From the NCBI GenBank assembly GCA_964478915.1, contig CAYZKG010000004.1, positions 1-42,326 on the forward strand: 42,326 bases of DNA, given 5' to 3'. The position numbers were made by a program, and so were the translations under genes. This DNA is from an uncultured Nitrospira sp. Its GTDB lineage: Bacteria > Nitrospirota > Nitrospiria > Nitrospirales > Nitrospiraceae. A model generated the notes under the pieces. The model was not told the origin of the DNA. It searched no databases and worked only from the letters and a program-made list of their open reading frames with translations. Below, in pieces: positions 8,224 through 15,293 of the stretch; within the stretch, counting starts at the first letter, position 1; each line of letters opens with the position of its first letter.

Positions 8224-8682
8224 TTAGATGTGATACATGGGGCTTCGCTGCTGCTGCAGGGTTTGATGCCGGTCGGACAGCTCCTTCAGCGTGATGCCGC
8301 TGAGCACCGCAAGCTCGGCCTGCCGCACGCGCTCCCAGACTTGAGTGAGCAGGGATTCCGGAACCGACAGCCGGCGGCCGTTTCCCTCACCGGCGTATGG
8401 CCCCCTGGCTGACGAATGGAGCAGCGGACCGTCCAGCGCTTCCACGATCTCGGCGAGCGAGATCGTTGAGGGGGACTTCCTCAACAGGTAGCCGCCCTTC
8501 GCTCCGCGGAGGCTCTCCACGAGTCCGGCCTTCTTCATTGAGGCAAGAACCTGCTCGAGAAATCTGAGCGGAATAGCCTGTCGCCGGGCAATCGCTCTGG
8601 CCTGGACAGGCGCCTCTCCGTTCTGGAGGGCCAGGTCCAAGGCTGCGAGAATCCCATAGGCTGACTTAACAGATAGGCGCAT
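8224..8682 (-). CDS. Rrf2-family transcriptional regulator lacking cysteines (CymR-like rather than IscR/NsrR-like)
   Basis: 152 aa. MRLSVKSAYGILAALDLAL...IPLRFLEQVLASMKKAGLVESLRGAKGGYLL is the Rrf2 winged helix. The protein contains no Cys at all. It is the first gene of the cys operon. Confidence 0.85.
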   Translation of the reverse strand: MRLSVKSAYGILAALDLALQNGEAPVQARAIARRQAIPLRFLEQVLASMKKAGLVESLRGAKGGYLLRKSPSTISLAEIVEALDGPLLHSSARGPYAGEGNGRRLSVPESLLTQVWERVRQAELAVLSGITLKELSDRHQTLQQQRSPMYHI

Positions 8683-8685
8683 TTC

Positions 8686-8716
8686 CTACTATTCCGATAG
8701 GATTAATGTACAGTAG
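8686..8716 (-). promoter_or_regulatory. Candidate operator: nested imperfect palindromes in the rrf2 leader
   Basis: CTACT (8686-8690) and AGTAG (8712-8716) flank the 16-bp imperfect palindrome TATTCCGATAGGATTA (8690-8705, 6 of 8 pairs). The site lies between the predicted -10 and the rrf2 ATG. Confidence 0.3.
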
Positions 8717-8719
8717 CTA

Positions 8720-8749
8720 TTTATAATGCTGAAGCTCTTAAGATGTCAA
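8720..8749 (-). promoter_or_regulatory. Candidate sigma70-type promoter of the rrf2-cys operon
   Basis: The minus strand reads TTGACA (comp 8744-8749), an 18-nt spacer, then TATAAA (comp 8720-8725), about 38 nt upstream of the rrf2 ATG. Confidence 0.45.
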
Positions 8750-9060
8750 GCGCTTTTTGTGACCCGTGAGATCTGGTCTCTGAGAGCATTTCTTCGAGAG
8801 CAGAGAGACTCTCCTGCGTCTCGAAGCTGATGAGATGAAATAGAAGATGAAGAGGAGAGGTGGATCGCAAGCAAAGGTCTCTGAGTCCGAGAGGTGAGAG
8901 CGCACACGAGGCAATGGCATCATCCCGGTGACCTCTCGAGCCCCGGGACGATTGTGTACCCTGTGCACGATGGTGCAAGACGTGACATTGTGATGCCATC
9001 GCACTTCAACCTTCTTTCTTGCGTGTATTCTTTCTTGATGGCAACAGGTCGTTTTCGCGG

Positions 9061-9090
9061 TTGACACGGGCATAGCCTTGGGAGGATAAT
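9061..9090 (+). promoter_or_regulatory. Candidate sigma70-type promoter of the fis-like gene
   Basis: TTGACA (9061-9066), an 18-nt spacer, then GATAAT (9085-9090), 25 nt before the ATG at 9116. Confidence 0.4.
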
Positions 9091-9115
9091 CCCGCCCGCT
9101 TTCCGTGGTCGCCTT

Positions 9116-9769
9116 ATGTCGCTCGTCTCTATATCGCCGTTACACCCATCCCAGGAAAGACCCTTCCGGCTCGGTCGCCGACCCTACAAGGCTAAACGCT
9201 CCCTGTTCAGCGTGCTCCTTCTCAGCAGCGATCCCGACCTTCAAGCCCATCTCAGGCAGTCTCTCCGGGAAGCCACCCTGACCGTCGCCAAGGATCCGGC
9301 GTCCCTGCCCCGGTCCGAAATGAAGCGAACGTATGATGGGGTGATCCTCGAGACCAAGGACAGCATGGTCGAAGCATTGGCGAAGCTTGAACGGTCCATC
9401 GATCCCTCCAGGACCTTTATCCTGGCCGGGGCCCGGCCGGTACTCAAACACGCCTCGCATGTCGTTCGCGCCGTCGCCGGCAGCAACGGCTTCTTTGCGA
9501 AGGCGGCGGGTCAGGAGTTTTCCCTGGAGGATTACGTCGAATCCAAGCTGACAGACTTCGTGAAGGGCATGAAGCACACGTCCGCGCGGAACCTGTACGC
9601 CATGCTGATGGAAGCGGTTGAGCGGCCGTTGATCACCCTCGTGCTGAAGGAAACCAACGGCAATCAGACTCAAGCGGCGCACGTGCTGGGAATGAACCGC
9701 AACACGCTCCGGAAAAAGATCGCAGAATTTCGTATTTCCGTGAAGCGGGGAAAGAGCGTCGCGCCGTAG
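9116..9769 (+). CDS. Fis-family DNA-binding protein with a ~120-aa N-terminal extension
   Basis: The C-terminal ~90 aa are collinear with Fis: LEDYVESKLTDFVKGM..ARNLYAMLMEAVERPLITLVLKETNGNQTQAAHVLGMNRNTLRKKIAEFRI. The N-terminal part (VLLLSSDPDLQAHLRQSL...YDGVILET) is vaguely receiver-like. The start is uncertain because there is no clear SD at 9116. Confidence 0.75.
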   Translation: MSLVSISPLHPSQERPFRLGRRPYKAKRSLFSVLLLSSDPDLQAHLRQSLREATLTVAKDPASLPRSEMKRTYDGVILETKDSMVEALAKLERSIDPSRTFILAGARPVLKHASHVVRAVAGSNGFFAKAAGQEFSLEDYVESKLTDFVKGMKHTSARNLYAMLMEAVERPLITLVLKETNGNQTQAAHVLGMNRNTLRKKIAEFRISVKRGKSVAP

Positions 9770-9857
9770 CGCCGAATGAATATTCTCCGGCTGCCGGTGA
9801 GGCAGGATGCCTGACCGCGAAGGCGGCCGGACCACCTACTAACGGAAGGGGGACGGT

Positions 9858-10130
9858 ATGACGAAAGAGGAGTTAATCGCCAAGATGGCCACATCGGCCG
9901 GGATCACGAAGGTTGCCGCCGGGAATGCCCTCGCGGCGTTCACCGGGGCGGTCACCGCATCCCTGAAGAAAGGGAAGAAGGTCAGCCTGGTGAACTTCGG
10001 CACGTTTGCAGTGGCCAAGCGGAAAGCGCGAACAGGTCGCAATCCGCGCACCGGTGAGACGCTCCGGATTCCCGCCGCTCGCGTCCCGAAATTTTCCGCC
10101 GGAAAGGCTTTGAAATCTGCCGTCAGGTAA
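9858..10130 (+). CDS. hup: HU/IHF-family nucleoid-associated DNA-binding protein
   Basis: 90 aa. [11 protein letters not shown]...[45 protein letters not shown] is the canonical HU arm motif. A GGAAGGGGGA SD lies upstream. Confidence 0.92.
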   Translation: MTKEELIAKMATSAGITKVAAGNALAAFTGAVTASLKKGKKVSLVNFGTFAVAKRKARTGRNPRTGETLRIPAARVPKFSAGKALKSAVR

Positions 10131-10156
10131 CGCGTCCCTCCACCGCGGACAGGAAA

Positions 10157-10185
10157 GGCAGCACAGAACTTCGTGCTGCCTTTTT
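10157..10185 (+). terminator. Rho-independent terminator after hup
   Basis: GGCAGCAC (10157-10164), loop AGAACTTC, GTGCTGCC (10173-10180), followed by TTTTT (10181-10185). Confidence 0.75.
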
Positions 10186-10241
10186 CATTCTGAGGTCCTT
10201 GACAGTCGGAACAGGGCTATACTAGCATGCCGGCGGACATT

Positions 10242-10316
10242 AGGCGCGTAGCTCAGGGGGAGAGCGCTACCTTGACACGGTAGAGGTCGACGGTTCAAGA
10301 CCGTCCGCGCCTACCA
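10242..10316 (+). tRNA. tRNA-Val: tRNA-Val (anticodon GAC), CCA encoded
   Basis: Hand-folded cloverleaf: acceptor AGGCGCG/CGCGCCT, D stem GCTC/GAGC, anticodon stem CTACC/GGTAG with loop TTGACAC, T stem GACGG/CCGTC with loop TTCAAGA, discriminator A, CCA. Total 75 nt. Confidence 0.93.
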
Positions 10317-10393
10317 CTTCCGCCAAGGTATCAGGCCGCTTCGGCGGTTGTGATGCCTTTGTTGTTTCTGGACTTGTTCGTGTCGTTGGTAAC

Positions 10394-12373
10394 GTGGTGG
10401 AACCCCGCGCCATACAAGTGAGCCTACCCGGAGGCGCCCGACGGACTCTACCGTCCGGGTCCACCGTCCGGGACGCGCTCGCCGCGCTGAACGGCGGGCT
10501 GAACAGCGAGGTGTTTGCTGCGACGGTCAACGGCACGCCGGTTGATCTGGCGACCGTACTCACCGAGGATGCCACCGTGGAGCCGGTGACCTTTGACTCT
10601 CCGATCGGCAAGGAAGTGTACCGGCACAGCAGCACCCACATCATGGCGCAGGCCGTCAAGGAGGTGTTTCCGACCGCGCAACTGGCGATCGGGCCGGCCA
10701 TCGAGGACGGCTTCTATTATGATTTCGCCTTCGAGCGACCGTTCACCCCTGAGGATCTCGACAAGATCGAAGCCCGGGCCCGGGAGCTCATCAAAGCCGA
10801 CCGGCCGTTCAAGCGCCTGGAAATGCCGCGCGAGGAAGCGATCCGGTTTTTCAAGGAGCGGGGCGAGGGATACAAAGTGGAGATCCTGGAGGAGATTCAG
10901 GATCCAACCGTGTCCGTGTACAGCCAGGGAGAGTTTATCGACCTGTGCAGGGGGCCGCACGTGCCGTCCACCGGACGGATCGCGGCGTTGAAGTTGCTGA
11001 CCACGGGCGGAGCTTACTGGCGCGGGGACGAGCGCAATCCCATGCTCCAACGGATCTACGGCACCTCCTTCCCGACCCGGGCCGCCCTGGACGCCCATCT
11101 GCAGCGGCTGGAGGAGATCAAACGCCGTGACCACCGGAAGCTCGGGAAAGAGCTCGATCTCATCACCATTCAGGATGAGGTCGGCCCCGGTCTGGTCCTC
11201 TGGCACCCCAAGGGTGCGCTCGTGCGGTTGCTGATCGAAAATTTCTGGCGGGAGCAGCACCTCAAGCAAGGGTACGAATTGGTGTACTCTCCGCACATCG
11301 CGCGGCTGGACCTCTGGCGTACCAGCGGGCATGTGGACTATTACCGCGAGAATATGTTCGCGCCGATGACGGTCGAGGCCGGCGAGTATCAGCTGAAGCC
11401 GATGAACTGCCCCTTCCACATCATGATCTACAAATCCCATCTGCGCAGCTATCGGGAGCTGCCGCTCCGGTACGCTGAACTGGGCACGGTGTACCGGTAC
11501 GAGCGCGCGGGAGTGCTCCACGGGCTGCTCCGGGTGCGCGGGTTCACGCAAGACGACGCGCATCTGTTCTGTCGGCCCGATCAGATCGAGGGAGAGGTCG
11601 GTCGGGTCCTCGGCTTCACCTTTTTCATGCTGCGGGCCTTCGGGTTTTCGGAATTCGAAGTGTGCCTCTCGACCCGTCCCGACAAGGCGGTGGGGTCGCC
11701 GGAGCACTGGGCGCAGGCCACCAGGGCCCTGGAGGCGGCGCTGACCGGACGCGGGGTGGCTTATGAAGTGGAGCCTGGCGAAGGGGTCTTCTATGGGCCC
11801 AAGATCGACATCAAGATCAAGGATGTGCTGGGCCGCGCGTGGCAGTGCTCGACGATCCAGATCGACTTCAACAATCCCGAGCGGTTCGGCCTGGCCTATA
11901 CCGGCGAGGACGGCCGGGAGCACCAGCCGATCGTGATCCATCGCGCATTGTTGGGGTCGATCGAGCGCTTTTTTGGCATCCTACTGGAGCACTACGCCGG
12001 CGTCTTTCCGGCCTGGCTGGCGCCGGTTCAGGCGAAGGTTCTGTCCATTACCGACAAGCAGCGGGACTACGCCGAAGCCGTGGTGCGCCAGCTCAAGGCG
12101 GCGGGCTTCCGTACAGAAGGCGACTTGCGGAATGAAAAGATCGGGTTCAAGATCCGAGAAGCGGAAAAGGCCAAGATTCCCTTCATGCTGGTGGTCGGCG
12201 AACGGGAAAAACAGGATGAGACGGTGTCCGTTCGCCGGCGTAGCGGAGCGAATCTCGGCAACATGCCGGTCCCGGCGGTCATCGACTTGATTCGGAGCGA
12301 GACGCTTCAAGCCGGCCGGTCGGATGCCACCCTGTCGGAAGAGGTGCCCTATCGTCCCGAAACTACGCGTTAA
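10394..12373 (+). CDS. thrS: Threonyl-tRNA synthetase
   Basis: 659 aa with a GTG start. It has the TGS domain, the second additional domain, class II core motifs (FRYERAGVLHGLLRVRGFTQDDAH, GPKIDIKI) and the anticodon-binding domain. Confidence 0.95.
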   Translation: MVEPRAIQVSLPGGARRTLPSGSTVRDALAALNGGLNSEVFAATVNGTPVDLATVLTEDATVEPVTFDSPIGKEVYRHSSTHIMAQAVKEVFPTAQLAIGPAIEDGFYYDFAFERPFTPEDLDKIEARARELIKADRPFKRLEMPREEAIRFFKERGEGYKVEILEEIQDPTVSVYSQGEFIDLCRGPHVPSTGRIAALKLLTTGGAYWRGDERNPMLQRIYGTSFPTRAALDAHLQRLEEIKRRDHRKLGKELDLITIQDEVGPGLVLWHPKGALVRLLIENFWREQHLKQGYELVYSPHIARLDLWRTSGHVDYYRENMFAPMTVEAGEYQLKPMNCPFHIMIYKSHLRSYRELPLRYAELGTVYRYERAGVLHGLLRVRGFTQDDAHLFCRPDQIEGEVGRVLGFTFFMLRAFGFSEFEVCLSTRPDKAVGSPEHWAQATRALEAALTGRGVAYEVEPGEGVFYGPKIDIKIKDVLGRAWQCSTIQIDFNNPERFGLAYTGEDGREHQPIVIHRALLGSIERFFGILLEHYAGVFPAWLAPVQAKVLSITDKQRDYAEAVVRQLKAAGFRTEGDLRNEKIGFKIREAEKAKIPFMLVVGEREKQDETVSVRRRSGANLGNMPVPAVIDLIRSETLQAGRSDATLSEEVPYRPETTR

Positions 12374-12860
12374 TCGAGAAATCCGGATCCGGGAAGTCCG
12401 GGTCATCGGGCCTGATGGCGAACAGTTGGGGATCCTCCCGACCCCAGACGCCTACCGCACGGCGCAGGAGATGGGCTACGATCTGGTCGAAGTGGCGCCG
12501 ACGTCTCAGCCGCCAGTCTGCCGGATCATGGATTATGGCAAGTACAAGTACGAACTCAGCAAGAAAGAGCACCAGATCCGGCAGCACCAGAAGTCGACCC
12601 AGGTCAAAGAGATCAAGCTTCGGCCGCGTACCGACAAGCACGATCTGGAGATCAAAATCCGCCAGGTGAAAGGCTTTTTGGCCGACGGCAATAAGACCAA
12701 GATCACCGTGACGTACCGTGGCCGGGAGATGGCCAACCAGGAATTGGGGCGCGTCGTGATGCAGAAAGTGCTTGATGAGCTGGCCAACTGCGGAACTGTG
12801 GAGCATCCGCCGCGAATGGAGGGGCGGAGCCTGACGGCAATTCTGGCGCCCAAGAGCTGA
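12324..12860 (+). CDS. infC: Translation initiation factor IF-3 (start ambiguous: ATG 12324 or non-canonical ATC 12351)
   Basis: RVNREIRIREVRVIGPDGEQLGIL...PPVCRIMDYGKYKYE...VKEIKLRPRTDKHDLEIK...ITVTYRGREMA. The coordinates give the maximal ATG ORF, which overlaps thrS by 50 nt and has no SD. ATC at 12351 is preceded by GAAGAGG at 6-nt spacing. Confidence 0.88.
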   Translation: MPPCRKRCPIVPKLRVNREIRIREVRVIGPDGEQLGILPTPDAYRTAQEMGYDLVEVAPTSQPPVCRIMDYGKYKYELSKKEHQIRQHQKSTQVKEIKLRPRTDKHDLEIKIRQVKGFLADGNKTKITVTYRGREMANQELGRVVMQKVLDELANCGTVEHPPRMEGRSLTAILAPKS

Positions 12861-12876
12861 CCAAGGGGATCAATCG

Positions 12877-13083
12877 ATGGCCCGGATGAAACTGAAAAAC
12901 CACAAAGGTGTGACCAAGCGCTTCGGCCGGACCGGTAGCGGCAAAGTGGTGAGACGCAAGGCAGGTCTCCGTCATATCCTGACCGGCAAGACCCGCACTC
13001 GGAAGCGGCGGTTGAAGGGCAGTGCCGTCGTGGACCCCACCGTAGCCCTGTCCATCAATCGCTTGATGCCGTATAACCCGTAA
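12877..13083 (+). CDS. rpmI: 50S ribosomal protein L35
   Basis: 68 aa. MARMKLKNHKGVTKRFGRTGSGKVVRRKAG.RHILTGKT matches the L35 pattern. Confidence 0.92.
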   Translation: MARMKLKNHKGVTKRFGRTGSGKVVRRKAGLRHILTGKTRTRKRRLKGSAVVDPTVALSINRLMPYNP

Positions 13084-13088
13084 CACGA

Positions 13089-13123
13089 CGTGAGGCGTGA
13101 GGCGTGAAGCGTTAGACGCAAGG
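13089..13123. repeat. One-armed heptanucleotide array (CGTGAGG-type) in the rpmI-rplT spacer, in mRNA sense
   Basis: CGTGAGG CGTGAGG CGTGAAG CGTTAGA CGCAAGG, followed by AGAGCCA and then ATG (13131). Confidence 0.8.
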
Positions 13124-13130
13124 AGAGCCA

Positions 13131-13496
13131 ATGTCTCGAGTCAAAGGCGGTCCGAAGACGCGGCAACGAAGGAAGAAGCGGCTCAAGCTCGCGAAGGGCC
13201 AGTACGGGGCCAAGAGCCGGCTGTTTCGCACCGCGACTGAGTCGGTGGACAAGGGCCAGACCTACGCCTACGCCCATCGGCGAAAGCGAAAGAGGGATTT
13301 CCGTCAATTGTGGATTACCCGTATCAGTGCAGCCGCCCGTCTGCACGACCTGACCTACAGCCGGTTTATGGCTGCGCTGCGGAAGGCCAACGTTCTGCTG
13401 GACCGGAAGGTACTCTCCGAGATGGCGATCAAGGATCCGTCAGGGTTCGAGAAGCTCGTGCAGGTCGCCAAGCAGGCGGCTCCCGCCACCCTGTAA
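13131..13496 (+). CDS. rplT: 50S ribosomal protein L20
   Basis: 121 aa. MSRVKGGPKTRQRRKKRLKLAKGQYGAKSRLFRTA...RDFRQLWITRISAAAR. Confidence 0.95.
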   Translation: MSRVKGGPKTRQRRKKRLKLAKGQYGAKSRLFRTATESVDKGQTYAYAHRRKRKRDFRQLWITRISAAARLHDLTYSRFMAALRKANVLLDRKVLSEMAIKDPSGFEKLVQVAKQAAPATL

Positions 13497-13582
13497 CTCG
13501 TCATTCGTCATTGGTCATTCGTCAATGGTCTTGCTTCGGAATTCCGTTACGATTGACCAGTGACAAATGACGATTGACATCT
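13497..13582. repeat. Heptanucleotide-periodic inverted repeat that exactly fills the gap between the convergent rplT and pheT stops
   Basis: Left arm: CTCGTCA TTCGTCA TTGGTCA TTCGTCA ATGGTCT (13497-13531). Right arm: ACGATTG ACCAGTG ACAAATG ACGATTG ACATCTT (13549-13583). The arms are about 80% complementary by eye. Confidence 0.75.
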
Positions 13583-15286
13583 TCAAGCCAGCAGCTCCGC
13601 GACTGCATTGACTTCCAGCTCGAAGACCACGGTGGGCATGCCGACCTGCCACTGCTCCAGCACCTCCGGGTGGAGTTCGCCGATCAGGCCGATAGATCGG
13701 CCCTGAGACGTGATCCAACCGCTCCGGCCTTCCAGAAAGGACGGGTGGCAGTTAGGCTCGAGCGAGTAGGGCAGATTGAGGTAGAACAGCAGCAGATCGA
13801 GGCACGAGTGGACTTCGGAGAAGTTGGCCGTCGCGTGTGCGATCAAGGCGCCGAGGATCATCATGGTGCGCGAGCCGAACTCTTCTCCCGGGTCGGGCAC
13901 CGCCACTTCGCCGACCTCGAACAGTCGATGGGGGTAGAACGCCCGCGTCGAAGCCGATTCGACTCGGAGCAGCGAGGGTGTCATCCATTGGCGGAGGCAC
14001 GAATGGTTCTGGGACATCACATTGTCGATCTCGACCACCTGATCCATGTCACTGCCGGCCAGCCGCATCCGCTCGACGAGCTCCTGGCGCGAGGTGATCA
14101 CGTTGGAGATTACCTCCTGAAACCCGATCCCGACCATCAGCTCGCGCACGCGGTCAGAGACCTGTTCCAGGCGGGACAAGCCGCCCACCGTGAACTGGGA
14201 CGGCATCATCAGCTCGAACCTGTCATAACCGAGGCTGATGGCCACGTCCTCGACGACGTCCACGTCATGCATCATGTCGTTTCGGTAAGGCGGAAGCTTC
14301 ACGGAGATCCCGTCGCGAGACAGTTTGGCTTGGTAGCCGTAAGCCAGTAGCGCGTCTCGCACCTGGCCGGCCGGCAGGGGCTGCCCCAGTGCGCTCTGGA
14401 CCGCCGTGAGCGGCAGCGATCGGGTCCTCCCAAGATCGTGCGGAGTTCGAACCCGTTTCCCGATTTCCGTGGCCTGGGGATAGAAGATCTCCACCGGCTC
14501 GATCGCGGCACCGCGATCCGCCAGGTTCACGGCCAGGATGTTCAGGGCCAACAGCACCATCCGCAGATCGGTGCCGGTCACCTCCACCAACAGCTCCTTG
14601 TCCCCCACCTGGACCTCGCCGATATCCCGGCTGTTGATGATCGGTGGAAACGAGAGCACACGGCCGTGGGCATCGCGCAGCAACGGCACGCCGGGCTTTC
14701 CGTCCAGAATGGAGCCGTACTCGATTCCTTTGGGGTGCACGGCTAAAATTTCCCGCAATGTGATCTCTTCTTCGAAGCCCAAGGGGGTGAAGCGAACCTC
14801 GTCAGGATTCACCAGGGCATAGGTGACCGGAAAGGCGATCCGCTGGAGGCGGTAGAGCCCGATGGATACGGAACGGCGCTTACGCCCGAAGATATCGGCC
14901 AACTTCTCTTGCGTCTGAATCAACTGGATCAGGCCTTCGTCCGTGACCGAGCAGCCGACAGCGGCGCAGGCGGCCACATATGGCCGAACCTGCTCCAGGC
15001 CCGGCTCCACCACGAGGCGGCGCTTCGGCCGCAGCGCGGGCTTGAAGCAGGCGTATGCGGGTGCGGATCCGGCGAGCTTGATGCGAATCTGGCGGGCGAT
15101 TCCCTCGCAACACCAGAGATCAGGACGGTTGCTGTCCCGCACTTCGATCCGCAGCTCGCCGGTGGCCGGATTGTGATCCTTCAGCTCCCCTTTCACTATA
15201 GGAAGCCAGGACTCCACCTCGTTCGCGTCCATGGGACGGCCCACGAGGTGCTCCAGGTCTGCGCAGCTCACGGAAATGGTGGGCAT
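13583..15286 (-). CDS. pheT: Phenylalanyl-tRNA synthetase beta subunit, archaeal/eukaryal type
   Basis: 567 aa, against roughly 800 aa for the bacterial type. The N-terminus MPTISVSCADLEHLVGRPMD...IEVRDSNRPDLWCCEGIARQIR matches the archaeal PheT pattern. The B3/4 and B5 regions follow. It lacks the bacterial N-terminal OB domain and C-terminal B8 domain. Confidence 0.88.
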   Translation of the reverse strand: MPTISVSCADLEHLVGRPMDANEVESWLPIVKGELKDHNPATGELRIEVRDSNRPDLWCCEGIARQIRIKLAGSAPAYACFKPALRPKRRLVVEPGLEQVRPYVAACAAVGCSVTDEGLIQLIQTQEKLADIFGRKRRSVSIGLYRLQRIAFPVTYALVNPDEVRFTPLGFEEEITLREILAVHPKGIEYGSILDGKPGVPLLRDAHGRVLSFPPIINSRDIGEVQVGDKELLVEVTGTDLRMVLLALNILAVNLADRGAAIEPVEIFYPQATEIGKRVRTPHDLGRTRSLPLTAVQSALGQPLPAGQVRDALLAYGYQAKLSRDGISVKLPPYRNDMMHDVDVVEDVAISLGYDRFELMMPSQFTVGGLSRLEQVSDRVRELMVGIGFQEVISNVITSRQELVERMRLAGSDMDQVVEIDNVMSQNHSCLRQWMTPSLLRVESASTRAFYPHRLFEVGEVAVPDPGEEFGSRTMMILGALIAHATANFSEVHSCLDLLLFYLNLPYSLEPNCHPSFLEGRSGWITSQGRSIGLIGELHPEVLEQWQVGMPTVVFELEVNAVAELLA

Positions 15287-15293
15287 AGTCTTA

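Noticed and set aside
8683-9060. Searched by eye for an S-box/SAM riboswitch upstream of the cys operon and for an L-box upstream of lysA and dapF (36542-36851)
   Set aside because: I found none of the conserved core strings I remember for these riboswitches. A covariance-model scan would be needed to be sure.
8721-9073. 92-aa and 111-aa minus-strand ORFs in the rrf2/fis-like intergenic region
   Set aside because: They have no SD and an implausible composition (His/Arg/Cys/Ser-rich). They would start upstream of, and run through, the best candidate promoter for rrf2. The region is kept as unassigned (see findings).
10242-10316. tRNA-Val as a possible integration site for a genomic island
   Set aside because: There is no integrase, no direct repeat of the tRNA 3' end, and no compositional shift downstream. 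The following genes are the core thrS-infC-rpmI-rplT set.
10448-11941. 497-aa minus-strand ORF inside thrS
   Set aside because: It is antisense to an unambiguous threonyl-tRNA synthetase and its composition is typical of a shadow ORF.
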